Source: an uncultured Burkholderiales bacterium
GTDB taxonomy: Bacteria; Pseudomonadota; Gammaproteobacteria; Burkholderiales; Eutrophovitaceae
DNA length: 64,000 bases
Reading direction: 5' to 3'
Assembly: GCA_963925895.1 (NCBI GenBank)
Contig: CAWUVH010000007.1
Span: forward strand, 178,910 to 242,909
The translations under genes were made by a program, and so were the position numbers. The notes below the pieces were generated by a model. The model ran no database searches, was not told where the DNA came from, and worked only from the letters and a program-made list of their open reading frames with translations. Of the stretch, positions 52,355 to 60,759 are shown one piece after another. Numbering within the stretch: the first letter of the stretch is position 1; each line of letters opens with the position of its first letter.

Positions 52355-52759
52355 TTATACACCACTCGAGATGCAAGCCAAATTAACGAGTGAAGTGTTT
52401 CCGGTTGTGCTCGGGTTGATCCGCCACGCAGCATTAATTTCGGCTCGGAATACTTCTCGGCCTGAAGCGTTGATTCTTTCGAAGAAAATTATATTCAAGG
52501 TTTTCTGTTGATGTGTGTCGCAGTCTACTTCAATCTCTCGTACAAAAGACTGAAATGTAATTTGGTGCCCATCGGATTGCGCGACTTGGGGAATAAAAAA
52601 ATCAACGAGATTTCTCACACTCCTTTTAGTACTATCAATGTGCGATATGTTGTCAACATCGAGATAGACCACCATGTGCTCGGTGTGATCAATCTGGTGC
52701 CATTCTGCAATGCCAGGTTGAGGAATGAGGGCTAAAACTAAGCCGCAGCATCCCATCAT
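52355..52759 (-). CDS. Exported protein, function unknown
   Basis: I chose the start at MMGCCGLVLALIPQP… to avoid overlap with the upstream aldolase gene. No family was recognised. Confidence 0.4.
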   Translation of the reverse strand: MMGCCGLVLALIPQPGIAEWHQIDHTEHMVVYLDVDNISHIDSTKRSVRNLVDFFIPQVAQSDGHQITFQSFVREIEVDCDTHQQKTLNIIFFERINASGREVFRAEINAAWRINPSTTGNTSLVNLACISSGV

Positions 52760-52793
52760 ACGAATCCATATGGTGTTACACCAATTATAGGAC

Positions 52794-53609
52794 TCAGTCA
52801 AACATGTCTTTCTCGGTGGCAACCAAATGATCATGTATCGGTTGAAAGTGTAGCCATCCGATGTAATCACTACCGACATTTTCCTTGCTGTAAACAGCTC
52901 TATCATGAGGCACTAAATTAGGGGCCTGACCTGCTGACATGACCAGTAGCTCTTGCTGGCAACATCGCTCAAGAGCGCTAAACCAAAACGCCGCAGAATC
53001 TATACTGTGTTTGCTCATCGTTAATAGGCCATGATTTTGATGAATGACGGCTTTTACGTCTTTAAATGATTTCGCTAAGTTCATGCCCGCATCTACACTG
53101 ACCGCGACCGCGCCTGCCTCTTCGGTGATGATATTATGATCTTCGTAAAATGCGCAGGCATCTTGTGAAATGGGATCAAGTTTTTTTCCGAAAGATGCAA
53201 ATGCCGCACCATAAAGTGTGTGCGCGTGACACATTGCGACAATTTCCGGATGCTCCTTATGGACCGCTGCGTGCAGTACAAATCCGGCTTGATTGACAGA
53301 GTAATCTCCTTCAACGACTTTCCCGTCATGATCTACAAGGATTAGGTTAGAGAGTTTGACTTGCTTAAAGTGAACAGCCATAGGATTTGTCCAGTACAAA
53401 TCTTTAAATTCAGGATCCCGCACCGTTAAGTGTCCCGCAAACCCATAGTCGAATTTGAAGTATGAGAAGGCGCGGCAGGCAACGACTAATTTTCTTTTGA
53501 GTTCATTACGTAAGTCTTTAAAGTTTGAAAAACTCTTCGCTTTAGGGAAAGTTAAGTCAGCCTGAGTAGGCTTGTAAACTGAATGCTCTTCTTTAAAGTC
53601 GGTGTACAT
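52794..53609 (-). CDS. Class II aldolase/adducin-family protein
   Basis: HAHTLYG metal-ligand context and GHLTVRDP are present. Length is 271 aa. Confidence 0.8.
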   Translation of the reverse strand: MYTDFKEEHSVYKPTQADLTFPKAKSFSNFKDLRNELKRKLVVACRAFSYFKFDYGFAGHLTVRDPEFKDLYWTNPMAVHFKQVKLSNLILVDHDGKVVEGDYSVNQAGFVLHAAVHKEHPEIVAMCHAHTLYGAAFASFGKKLDPISQDACAFYEDHNIITEEAGAVAVSVDAGMNLAKSFKDVKAVIHQNHGLLTMSKHSIDSAAFWFSALERCCQQELLVMSAGQAPNLVPHDRAVYSKENVGSDYIGWLHFQPIHDHLVATEKDMFD

Positions 53610-53861
53610 GATTTTCCTTGGTTCTCTTTGATTTCTTAAAATCGTTGGGGATGGTATTCGTGGGCTATTGTATTCAGTACTAATTTACGATTTATTAAAA
53701 GGAAATAATACAATATTCTTCGTTTTACGGATTCTTGAATGAGATAATTTTTGTATAGATGCTGGATAAGTAACCTTTTGTCAGGTTTATGTCTACCTAC
53801 AGAATAGAATATATTGCCGGATGTGGTGGCTAAAAGTAGCTCTTTATTAATTATGTTTGCC

Positions 53862-53902
53862 ACAACGCAATAGCGGCGCTTTGAGCGCCGCTATTGCGTT
53901 GT
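53862..53902. repeat. 19-bp perfect inverted repeat (hairpin, 3-nt loop) 16 nt downstream of the bfr operon
   Basis: Sequence is ACAACGCAATAGCGGCGCT-ttg-AGCGCCGCTATTGCGTTGT. No U-tract follows on either strand. Confidence 0.85.
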
Positions 53903-53918
53903 AGACCCTGAGCAAAAA

Positions 53919-54395
53919 TTAATCGTCTTCGATTTGAGCTTGGGTGTAATTAGAAATGCCCATATCTCGGATTAAAGATAATTGTGTCTCGTATCCGTCG
54001 ATTGACGATTCCGCATTGGACAGTAACGTCTCTAGTAAGTCTCGAGTGACAAAGTCTTGCTCAGCCTCAGCCTCGCTGATTCCGGCTAAGAATCCGGGGC
54101 GTTGCACCTTCAATTCAAACTGAAGGTCGGACTGGAGGCATTCTTCAATGTTTTCCCCAATGGATAACGTGCCCAGTGCTTGCAAGTTAGGTAGTCCTTC
54201 TAGAAAGAGTATCCGCTCGATGAGTTTGTCGGCTTCCTTCATCACGCGGATAGAATTTTTGTATTCTGATTCATTCAGTCGGTCTAGACCCCAATGTTTA
54301 AACATTCTTGCATGTAGAAAATATTGATTGATCGCCGTGAGCTCGTTTTTGAGCACGGTATTTAGATGTTGAACGATCTTATTGGAGCCTTTCAT
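53919..54395 (-). CDS. bfr: Bacterioferritin subunit with the haem-ligand Met52 but a degenerate ferroxidase centre
   Basis: Aligns residue for residue with E. coli Bfr. M52 is kept, and E51V, H54E, E127A and H130S substitutions were read from the hand alignment. Confidence 0.85.
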   Translation of the reverse strand: MKGSNKIVQHLNTVLKNELTAINQYFLHARMFKHWGLDRLNESEYKNSIRVMKEADKLIERILFLEGLPNLQALGTLSIGENIEECLQSDLQFELKVQRPGFLAGISEAEAEQDFVTRDLLETLLSNAESSIDGYETQLSLIRDMGISNYTQAQIEDD

Positions 54396-54883
54396 GCAGC
54401 ACCTCCCTCTTGTCCATTCATTTGACTTTGAAGATAGTTTTCAAGGCCAATCAGATCGATGAGTCTTAACTGTTTTTCCAAAAAGTAAGCGTGATCCATT
54501 TCTGTGTCCTCAATTTGCTGGACAAGCAAATCACGCGTGACAAAATCTTGCTTTTGTTCACATAGAACTACGGCAGCTTTTAGCGTACCAACCACTTGGT
54601 ATTCAATCGCGAGGTCGTTTTTTAACATATCTGGCACGTTCGTTCCGGTCGTCATGTCATGGCGAGTGGCTACGTCTGGAGTGCCTTCCAAGAATAATAT
54701 GCGTTGTACGATGTCTCGAGCGTGTTGACGTTCGTGTTCTGACTCGTGTAGCGAGTGCTCCGCCAGTTTTTGAAGGCCCATATCGGCATACATTTCACCA
54801 TGCAGTAGGTACTGATCTGACGCCATCAACTCTCCCGCGAGCAGCTGATTTAGTACAGTTAAAACCTCAACGTTACCTTTCAT
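54392..54883 (-). CDS. bfr: Bacterioferritin subunit with an intact ferroxidase centre but lacking the haem-ligand Met (R at position 52)
   Basis: E18, E51, H54, E94 and the E-x-x-H motif are all present; M52 is replaced by R. Its stop overlaps the start of the downstream bfr gene (ATGA). Confidence 0.85.
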   Translation of the reverse strand: MKGNVEVLTVLNQLLAGELMASDQYLLHGEMYADMGLQKLAEHSLHESEHERQHARDIVQRILFLEGTPDVATRHDMTTGTNVPDMLKNDLAIEYQVVGTLKAAVVLCEQKQDFVTRDLLVQQIEDTEMDHAYFLEKQLRLIDLIGLENYLQSQMNGQEGGAA

Positions 54884-55056
54884 AGGGATTTCCTTTTATT
54901 CAAAAATAGTTAAGAGAATTCGTTTGAAAGAAAAGTTCATCGTTACTTTTCTAGAAGCTTGTTTTGCTCGTCTTGGAGTCAGGGCGTTCAACGATTTTGG
55001 TTTGATTTGTTTTCGATGGGCGAATTATGCCACGCCCATTCTAGAAATGTTAAAAC

Positions 55057-55075
55057 GAAAATCATTCTCATTTCC
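55057..55075. promoter_or_regulatory. Weak Fur-box-like sequence upstream of the bfr operon
   Basis: GAAAATCATTCTCATTTCC matches roughly 13 of 19 positions of GATAATGATAATCATTATC. It lies about 175 nt upstream of the bfr start. Confidence 0.25.
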
Positions 55076-55171
55076 ATTACAGTTTTTTAATGTAAGGAAT
55101 TTGGCTAGGAGCCAAAATATCCATGTAATACCGGTCAACAGATCGATACGACGGATGTTCTCTGAGCAGAA

Positions 55172-57076
55172 CTAACCCATCACGCCGCCATCGTCTCGCT
55201 TAATGGCTATGATCGCTGATCGAGGTGTTGCATTGCCACCGTCAGGCCAATGGCTGCCACCTTTTTGTCCGGGATGTTGTATGCCAACAAACATGGTTTT
55301 TTGGTCCAGACTCCAGGTGAGTCCGGTAATTTCACATTCTCTTGGTCCTACTAGAAACCGATGAATCTCTCCGGTCTCTGGATTCCCCATAAGCATTTGA
55401 TTATTGCCCATGCCGGCAAAGTCATTTTTGTTAGAGTAGTCTCCATCGGTCTGAATCCAAAGGTTGCCTTGCGCATCGAACCTGAGTCCATCTGGACTAT
55501 TAAACATGTTGTCAGTGTTGATGTTGGATGATCCGCCAAAAAGGTTTGTATGTTGAGTGGGGTTGCCCGCCAAAAGAAAAATATCCCAGGTGAATGTGCT
55601 CGCTGCATGATTTTCATTTTGAGGGGTCCACCTTAGAATATGACCATAAGGATTTTTTTTTCTAGGGTTAGCCATGTTGAGAGGCTGAGATGCTTTATCA
55701 CCTCGATATTTGTTATTTGTCAGTGATACGTAGGCTTCGGCTTTGGACGGGTTGACGGCAACCCATTCTGGCCGGTCCATTGTTGTCGCCCCAACTTTAG
55801 AAGCTGCCAGTCTTGCGAAGATCAGTGCCTCATCATCTGGCATGCCGGCTTCTTTCAAGGATATCCATTCGCCCGTTCCATCGTCATGAAATTTAGCTGC
55901 GAATAGTTCGCCGTCATGGAGTAACTCAGCGTTGTCTTTATTAGGGTGATACTGATCGCGACTTACAAATCTGTAGAGAAATTCACCTCGTTCGTCGTCG
56001 CCGAGGTAGACCACGACGTGGCCATTTGCCGCAATAACCAATTCCGCATTCTCATGTTTGAGTCGACCCAGAGCTGTAAGTTTTCTCGGTGTGTGCTGCC
56101 CAGATGGATCAATTTCCACAACCCATCCATGTCTATTGGGTTCATGAGGTTCGGTAGATACATCGAATCGAGCATCTGTTTGAGCCCACTTGTACCCCCA
56201 ATCTTTCCCGTGTTTGGCAATGCCGTAACGTTCCTCTTGAATGCTTTGATGGAATTCTTCTCCTAAGCTTGATGAAAAATATCCGTTAATATTTTCTTCG
56301 CAGGCCAAATAGGTTCCCCAGGGGGTTTTTCCGTTACCGCAATTGTTAAACGTACCTAGAATTTTTGTGCCTGATTGGTCTCTGGTGGTCTTGAGTAGAT
56401 CGCTGCCAGCAGCAGGGCCGACTGCGAAAAACTCCGTATCCGGAGTAATACGTCGATTGAGCGGACTGTCCTTGACGACGTGCCAACCTTCGTTGGTTTC
56501 TTTTAATTCGACGATAGTTAAACCGTGGGCGGCTTTACCCTTGTTTACGTCATCATCTGTTTCTGGTGATTGAGTCAGGCGATTGCTAAACATTGTTTGT
56601 ATATTTGTAAATTCGTTGTTAAAAACGAGTACGGTTCGTCCATCAACTGTGAAGGTGTCCATCCCGTCATTATTGTCCCCGACTGCTAGCGCCTGAGTTG
56701 CAGCTGATCCAAAGGTTTCTTGATTGAATCCAGGAGTGTCTGAATGAAGTGGGTCAGCCCACCGGACCAAAACTTGTGCATTAAAGCCCTCGGGGATTGT
56801 AATGTTGTCGTCGCTGTTTGCCGTGACAGCCTTAAAGGTTAGTCCTGAGCGAGTTGAAGCCAGAGTCGATCCAGTAGGTAGGCCAGCAGCTAGAACAAAA
56901 GCAGAGGCTCCAAAACTGATGGTGCCTTTGAGAAAGCTTCGTCTTGCAAGGATGTCATCGAACTCTGGTTCTTGATTTTGGTTGCGGGCATTAAACTCAT
57001 CGCAATTGTCGAAAGTGGTGATTGGTTTCGTCATGAGTCGATTCTTTGATTCATTATTAATCTTTGATCTAAACAT
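55172..57076 (-). CDS. phoX: PhoX-family alkaline phosphatase (DUF839)
   Basis: Tat signal RRSFLKGTISFGASAF and the NNCGNGKTPWGTYLACEEN block typical of PhoX are present. Length is 634 aa. The start is ambiguous between 57076 and 57034. Confidence 0.85.
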   Translation of the reverse strand: MFRSKINNESKNRLMTKPITTFDNCDEFNARNQNQEPEFDDILARRSFLKGTISFGASAFVLAAGLPTGSTLASTRSGLTFKAVTANSDDNITIPEGFNAQVLVRWADPLHSDTPGFNQETFGSAATQALAVGDNNDGMDTFTVDGRTVLVFNNEFTNIQTMFSNRLTQSPETDDDVNKGKAAHGLTIVELKETNEGWHVVKDSPLNRRITPDTEFFAVGPAAGSDLLKTTRDQSGTKILGTFNNCGNGKTPWGTYLACEENINGYFSSSLGEEFHQSIQEERYGIAKHGKDWGYKWAQTDARFDVSTEPHEPNRHGWVVEIDPSGQHTPRKLTALGRLKHENAELVIAANGHVVVYLGDDERGEFLYRFVSRDQYHPNKDNAELLHDGELFAAKFHDDGTGEWISLKEAGMPDDEALIFARLAASKVGATTMDRPEWVAVNPSKAEAYVSLTNNKYRGDKASQPLNMANPRKKNPYGHILRWTPQNENHAASTFTWDIFLLAGNPTQHTNLFGGSSNINTDNMFNSPDGLRFDAQGNLWIQTDGDYSNKNDFAGMGNNQMLMGNPETGEIHRFLVGPRECEITGLTWSLDQKTMFVGIQHPGQKGGSHWPDGGNATPRSAIIAIKRDDGGVMG

Positions 57077-57127
57077 AAAATGATTAATCCTGTATTACAG
57101 GAGGCAATTTCTGATTGACTCTATTTG

Positions 57128-57967
57128 ATGATTCTTAGTTCAATGAGTAGTTTTATATCGGCCCATTGGCGTGGTATTGTTTGGAACAATAAAACTATAC
57201 AAAAAATTTTTAAGAGGTTAGAAGGGAGCGCTCTAGTGGACAAGATTGATCACAACGAAACATATCATTCGCCTGCAATCACGCAATTGAGGGAGGATCT
57301 AGCGTTGGCATTGCGTGCCGCTTCTAAACATGGATTAGCCGAGGGTGTGTGCAATCATTTTAGCCTGGAGCTTCCTGACCAGTCAGGGCGATTTCTCCTG
57401 AATCCTAGGGGCCTTTTGTGGCAAGAGATTTTGTCTGACGATATCGTTTTGATCAATACAGAGGGTGACGTGTTAGCAGGTAAGCATCCAGTGGAGGCTA
57501 CCGCTATGTTTATTCATTCTGCTATTCATCGGGTCTGCAAGAAAACCTGTGTGTTACATACGCACATGCCCCACGCAACGGCGTTGTCTTTGACGCAAGA
57601 TCGGATATTAGACACAACTTTGTCCCAGACTGCGATGAGGTTTCATGGTCGTGTTGTGGCTGATGATCAGTACAATGGTCTGGCCCTTGATGTGTCAGAA
57701 GGAGAGAGAATCGCACGTTCGATGAAGAGTGCTGATGTTGTATTTTTAGGAAACCACGGTGTGGTGGTCTGTGGGGATCGTATGGACTATGCCTATGATG
57801 ACTTGTATTACCTCGAGCGAGCATGTGAGCTTGAGGTTTTAGCGCGTTCAACAGGGCAACCGTTGATTGGCGTTGATTCAGATTTAGCTCAAAACGTTTG
57901 CGATGAAACCTTGGGTGAACGGTTGCAGTCTGAACTTTTCTTCAAAGCGCTTAAAAGAGTCCTGTAA
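57128..57967 (+). CDS. Class II aldolase/adducin-family protein (second paralog)
   Basis: HTHMPHATAL metal-ligand context and GNHGVVVCG are present. The exact start is uncertain and may lie up to about 100 nt downstream. Confidence 0.75.
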   Translation: MILSSMSSFISAHWRGIVWNNKTIQKIFKRLEGSALVDKIDHNETYHSPAITQLREDLALALRAASKHGLAEGVCNHFSLELPDQSGRFLLNPRGLLWQEILSDDIVLINTEGDVLAGKHPVEATAMFIHSAIHRVCKKTCVLHTHMPHATALSLTQDRILDTTLSQTAMRFHGRVVADDQYNGLALDVSEGERIARSMKSADVVFLGNHGVVVCGDRMDYAYDDLYYLERACELEVLARSTGQPLIGVDSDLAQNVCDETLGERLQSELFFKALKRVL

Positions 57968-58005
57968 ATATATATAAGATTGCCTTTGCGGCGTTATATT
58001 AGGCA

Positions 58006-58037
58006 TAAAAAAATGCAGGGATTATTCATCCCTGCAT
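58006..58037 (-). terminator. Rho-independent terminator of metY
   Basis: Plus-strand sequence is AAAAAAATGCAGGGA-ttattca-TCCCTGCAT. On the minus strand this is a hairpin followed by a U7 tract. Confidence 0.8.
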
Positions 58038-58093
58038 CTCACAATATCTTGAGAGGCCTAACCCCTGAGTAGGGCTGGCGCGCGTTAATTCAG

Positions 58094-59365
58094 TTACGCC
58101 GCGCTCAATGCCTGATTCAAGTCTTCTTTCAAGTCATCGATGTGCTCAATACCGACGCATAAACGCACAGTCTGTTCGGTGACCCCTGATTTGACTAACT
58201 CTTCTGGCGACAGCTGGCGGTGAGTAGTTGATGCCGGATGCGTAGCTAGAGAGCGAACGTCTCCGATATTCACAAGGCGTGTGAATAAATTCAGTGCATC
58301 GAGGAATTTGGCGCCAGCTTCGCGACCACCTTTTAGTCCAAATGTGAGTAGTCCTGATGCTTTCCCTCCCATATATTTTTTGACTAGTGCGTGGTCGGGA
58401 TGGTCGCTCAATCCTGCATAATTGACCCACTCTACTTTGTCATTTTTCTGAAGATGTTGTGCGACTGCCAGCGTGTTATCGCAGATTCTGTCCATGCGTA
58501 GCGCAATTGTCTCGATACCTTGTAAGATCAGAAATGCATTGAACGGAGAAATAGCCGCGCCGGTATTGCGTAGCGGCACCACGCGTGCTCGACCGATAAA
58601 GGCTGCAGCTCCCAAAGCTTCTGTGTAGACCACGCCGTGGTAACTCACGTCAGGTTCATTCAATCGTTTAAAGCGAGTCTTATGTTCAGCCCATGGAAAC
58701 TTACCTGAATCAATGATTGCGCCGCCCAAGCTATTACCATGACCACCTAGGTACTTGGTGAGTGACTGTATGACGATGTCTGCGCCATGTTCTATCGGGC
58801 GACAAAGGTATGGACTTGGCACGGTGTTATCGACAATCAACGGCACGCCATGTTTGTGTGCTACGGCTGCTATGGCTTCAATGTCGGTAACATTTCCTTG
58901 TGGATTCCCTAGCGATTCTACAAAGATAGCTTTAGTTTTGTCGTCTATGAGTGACTCGAAACTCGCAGGATCTCGATAGTCGGCAAAACGAGTTTCAATC
59001 CCAAATTGAGGGAATGTATGCGCGAAAAGGTTATAGGTTCCGCCGTATAAGGCACTCGATGAGACTATGTTGTCGCCTGTTTCTGCAATGGTTTGGATGG
59101 CATAAGTGATTGCTGATGCACCTGAGGCCACCGCCAGCGCTGCAATGCCTCCCTCAAGGGCTGCGACTCGTTCTTCGAGAACCGATTGGGTGGGGTTCAT
59201 TATCCGAGTGTAGATATTGCCTTCTACTTTTAAATCGAATAAATCGGCACCGTGCTGAGCACTGTCAAACGCATAAGCTACTGTTTGGTAAATTGGTGGT
59301 ACAACCGCTTTGGTTACTGGGTCAGGCTTGTAGCCCGCATGAACGGCTAGAGTCTCTAGTTTCAT
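58094..59365 (-). CDS. metY: O-acetylhomoserine aminocarboxypropyltransferase (sulfhydrylase), PLP-dependent
   Basis: Cys/Met-metabolism PLP family. The lysine context is QSLTKYLGGHG. The 423-aa length is typical of MetY. Confidence 0.85.
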   Translation of the reverse strand: MKLETLAVHAGYKPDPVTKAVVPPIYQTVAYAFDSAQHGADLFDLKVEGNIYTRIMNPTQSVLEERVAALEGGIAALAVASGASAITYAIQTIAETGDNIVSSSALYGGTYNLFAHTFPQFGIETRFADYRDPASFESLIDDKTKAIFVESLGNPQGNVTDIEAIAAVAHKHGVPLIVDNTVPSPYLCRPIEHGADIVIQSLTKYLGGHGNSLGGAIIDSGKFPWAEHKTRFKRLNEPDVSYHGVVYTEALGAAAFIGRARVVPLRNTGAAISPFNAFLILQGIETIALRMDRICDNTLAVAQHLQKNDKVEWVNYAGLSDHPDHALVKKYMGGKASGLLTFGLKGGREAGAKFLDALNLFTRLVNIGDVRSLATHPASTTHRQLSPEELVKSGVTEQTVRLCVGIEHIDDLKEDLNQALSAA

Positions 59366-59526
59366 TGAATTTCCTCATCGTGGCAGGGTAAACGTCTGAT
59401 TTTCTTATCTTTCGACTGTTTGATCTAATATTCTTTTGATCTTAGTTTATAACTAAAAAGTTTTAAAGTTTATGACTATATGCTTTTTGATAAGGATAGA
59501 ATCATGCGCCTACCAAGGAGATCCTA

Positions 59527-59853
59527 ATGACCTTTGTTGTGACCGACAATTGCGTTCGATGTAAATACACCGATTGTGTAGAGGTGTGTCCGGTGGATTG
59601 TTTCTATGAAGGTCCAAACTTTATGGTCATAGATCCAGAGGGATGTATCGATTGTGCATTGTGCGAGCCTGAGTGTCCTGCGCAAGCCATTGTGCCTGAC
59701 ACTGAGCTGCAAGACGATCAAAAAGGATTTTTGGCGTTAAATACTGATCTTTCTAAGATTTGGCCCAACCTCACTGAGAAGAAAGAGCCGCTTCTGGATG
59801 CTTCTTCGTGGGATGGTTTACCAGGCAAAATCAAACATCTTGAGAGCGCTTAA
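59527..59853 (+). CDS. fdxA: 7Fe ferredoxin (3Fe-4S plus 4Fe-4S), Azotobacter FdxA type
   Basis: [29 protein letters not shown]…[12 protein letters not shown] is the characteristic cysteine pattern. Confidence 0.9.
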   Translation: MTFVVTDNCVRCKYTDCVEVCPVDCFYEGPNFMVIDPEGCIDCALCEPECPAQAIVPDTELQDDQKGFLALNTDLSKIWPNLTEKKEPLLDASSWDGLPGKIKHLESA

Positions 59854-59881
59854 TCTGCCAACAGAATGGTGTTATGCGAAT

Positions 59882-59911
59882 AAAGAATATGAATATATAT
59901 TTATATTCTTT
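59882..59911. promoter_or_regulatory. AT-rich palindrome in the promoter region of the sulfate-assimilation operon (candidate operator)
   Basis: Sequence is AAAGAATAT-gaatatatattt-ATATTCTTT. The arms are 9 bp and perfect. It lies about 55 nt before the tauE start. Confidence 0.35.
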
Positions 59912-59965
59912 TTAAATATATAAAAAATACATCAAAGTATCACCTTTCTTAAAGAAGGTGGGTAG

Positions 59966-60745
59966 ATGGAGTTAGCTTTCGTCATAAGTGGTTTGCTTGT
60001 CGGCTTTGTGATCGGCCTGTCTGGCGTGGGTGGCGGATCATTGATGACACCGCTTCTTGTCATGGGTTTTGGCATACCTCCCGCAACTGCGGTCGGGACG
60101 GATCTGCTCTACGCTGGTCTAACTAAGGCCAGTTGCACAATTTTCCGGGGCAAACTCGGATCAATAAACTGGAAAGTGGCAGTTATTTTGGCCTTGGGTA
60201 GTGTCCCAGCCGCAATCTTTACTTCTATCTATTTTTTGTCGCCGACTACGCTTAGCAATGAGACCGCTCAGTTGATTACCCGCATGCTAGGCGTGATGCT
60301 CTGTGTTACGGCGCTCTCACTTATTTTTAGAAAACAATTGCAATCAGTATCCAAGCGTGTCTTTCGTGTGGGCGCTAAGACACAAAGGACCCGCATCATG
60401 ATTGCGACGCTAACTTTGGGGGCAGTTCTCGGGATTTTGGTCACGCTTACCTCTGTTGGTGCTGGTGCGATTGGCTTCACTGCACTTTTGGTGTTGTATC
60501 CGCAGCTGCCGACTAATCATTTGGTCGGCACGGACATCATGCATGCAGTTCCACTCACCCTTATAGCTGGTTTAAGTCATGCGGTGTCAGGATCAGTAGA
60601 TTATCAGCTGTTGTTTGCATTGCTGATCGGTTCTATTCCGGGTGTGATTTTAGGCAGTTTAGTAGCACATAAAATTCCTGAGACATTGTTGCAATGGGTT
60701 CTTGGCACGGTCTTACTTCTAGTTGGCTTAAAACTTCTTATCTGA
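59966..60745 (+). CDS. TauE/SafE (DUF81) family sulfite/anion exporter-type membrane protein
   Basis: 259 aa and polytopic. GVGGGSLMTPLL and GAGAIG motifs are typical of DUF81. Confidence 0.8.
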   Translation: MELAFVISGLLVGFVIGLSGVGGGSLMTPLLVMGFGIPPATAVGTDLLYAGLTKASCTIFRGKLGSINWKVAVILALGSVPAAIFTSIYFLSPTTLSNETAQLITRMLGVMLCVTALSLIFRKQLQSVSKRVFRVGAKTQRTRIMIATLTLGAVLGILVTLTSVGAGAIGFTALLVLYPQLPTNHLVGTDIMHAVPLTLIAGLSHAVSGSVDYQLLFALLIGSIPGVILGSLVAHKIPETLLQWVLGTVLLLVGLKLLI

Positions 60746-60759
60746 GTATTGAGAGAAAA

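Noticed and set aside
53636-53863. A 75-aa minus-strand ORF between the aldolase and bfr genes.
   Set aside because: It sits in the most AT-rich stretch of the window, which is the promoter region of the aldolase gene. The translation is Ile/Leu/Lys/Asn/Tyr-rich with no motif. It is likely a chance ORF.
54924-55175. An 83-aa plus-strand ORF upstream of the bfr genes, considered as a possible Bfd ferredoxin.
   Set aside because: It has no Cys cluster (Bfd needs 4 Cys for its 2Fe-2S centre), it is on the wrong strand for the bfr operon, and it overlaps the phoX stop. It is probably non-coding.
57089-57101. Palindrome CCTGTA-T-TACAGG between the phoX and aldolase starts, considered as a Pho box.
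   Set aside because: PhoB boxes are direct repeats (CTGTCAT, 4 nt, CTGTCAT), not inverted repeats, and only one half-site-like CTGTA is present. I cannot support a Pho-box call. It may still be some other operator.
59366-59526. A SAM riboswitch or MetJ boxes upstream of metY.
   Set aside because: The 160-nt leader is AT-rich and lacks the conserved SAM-I, SAM-II or SAM-V cores that I know. There is only a single imperfect AGACGTTT, and MetJ operators need tandem 8-mers.
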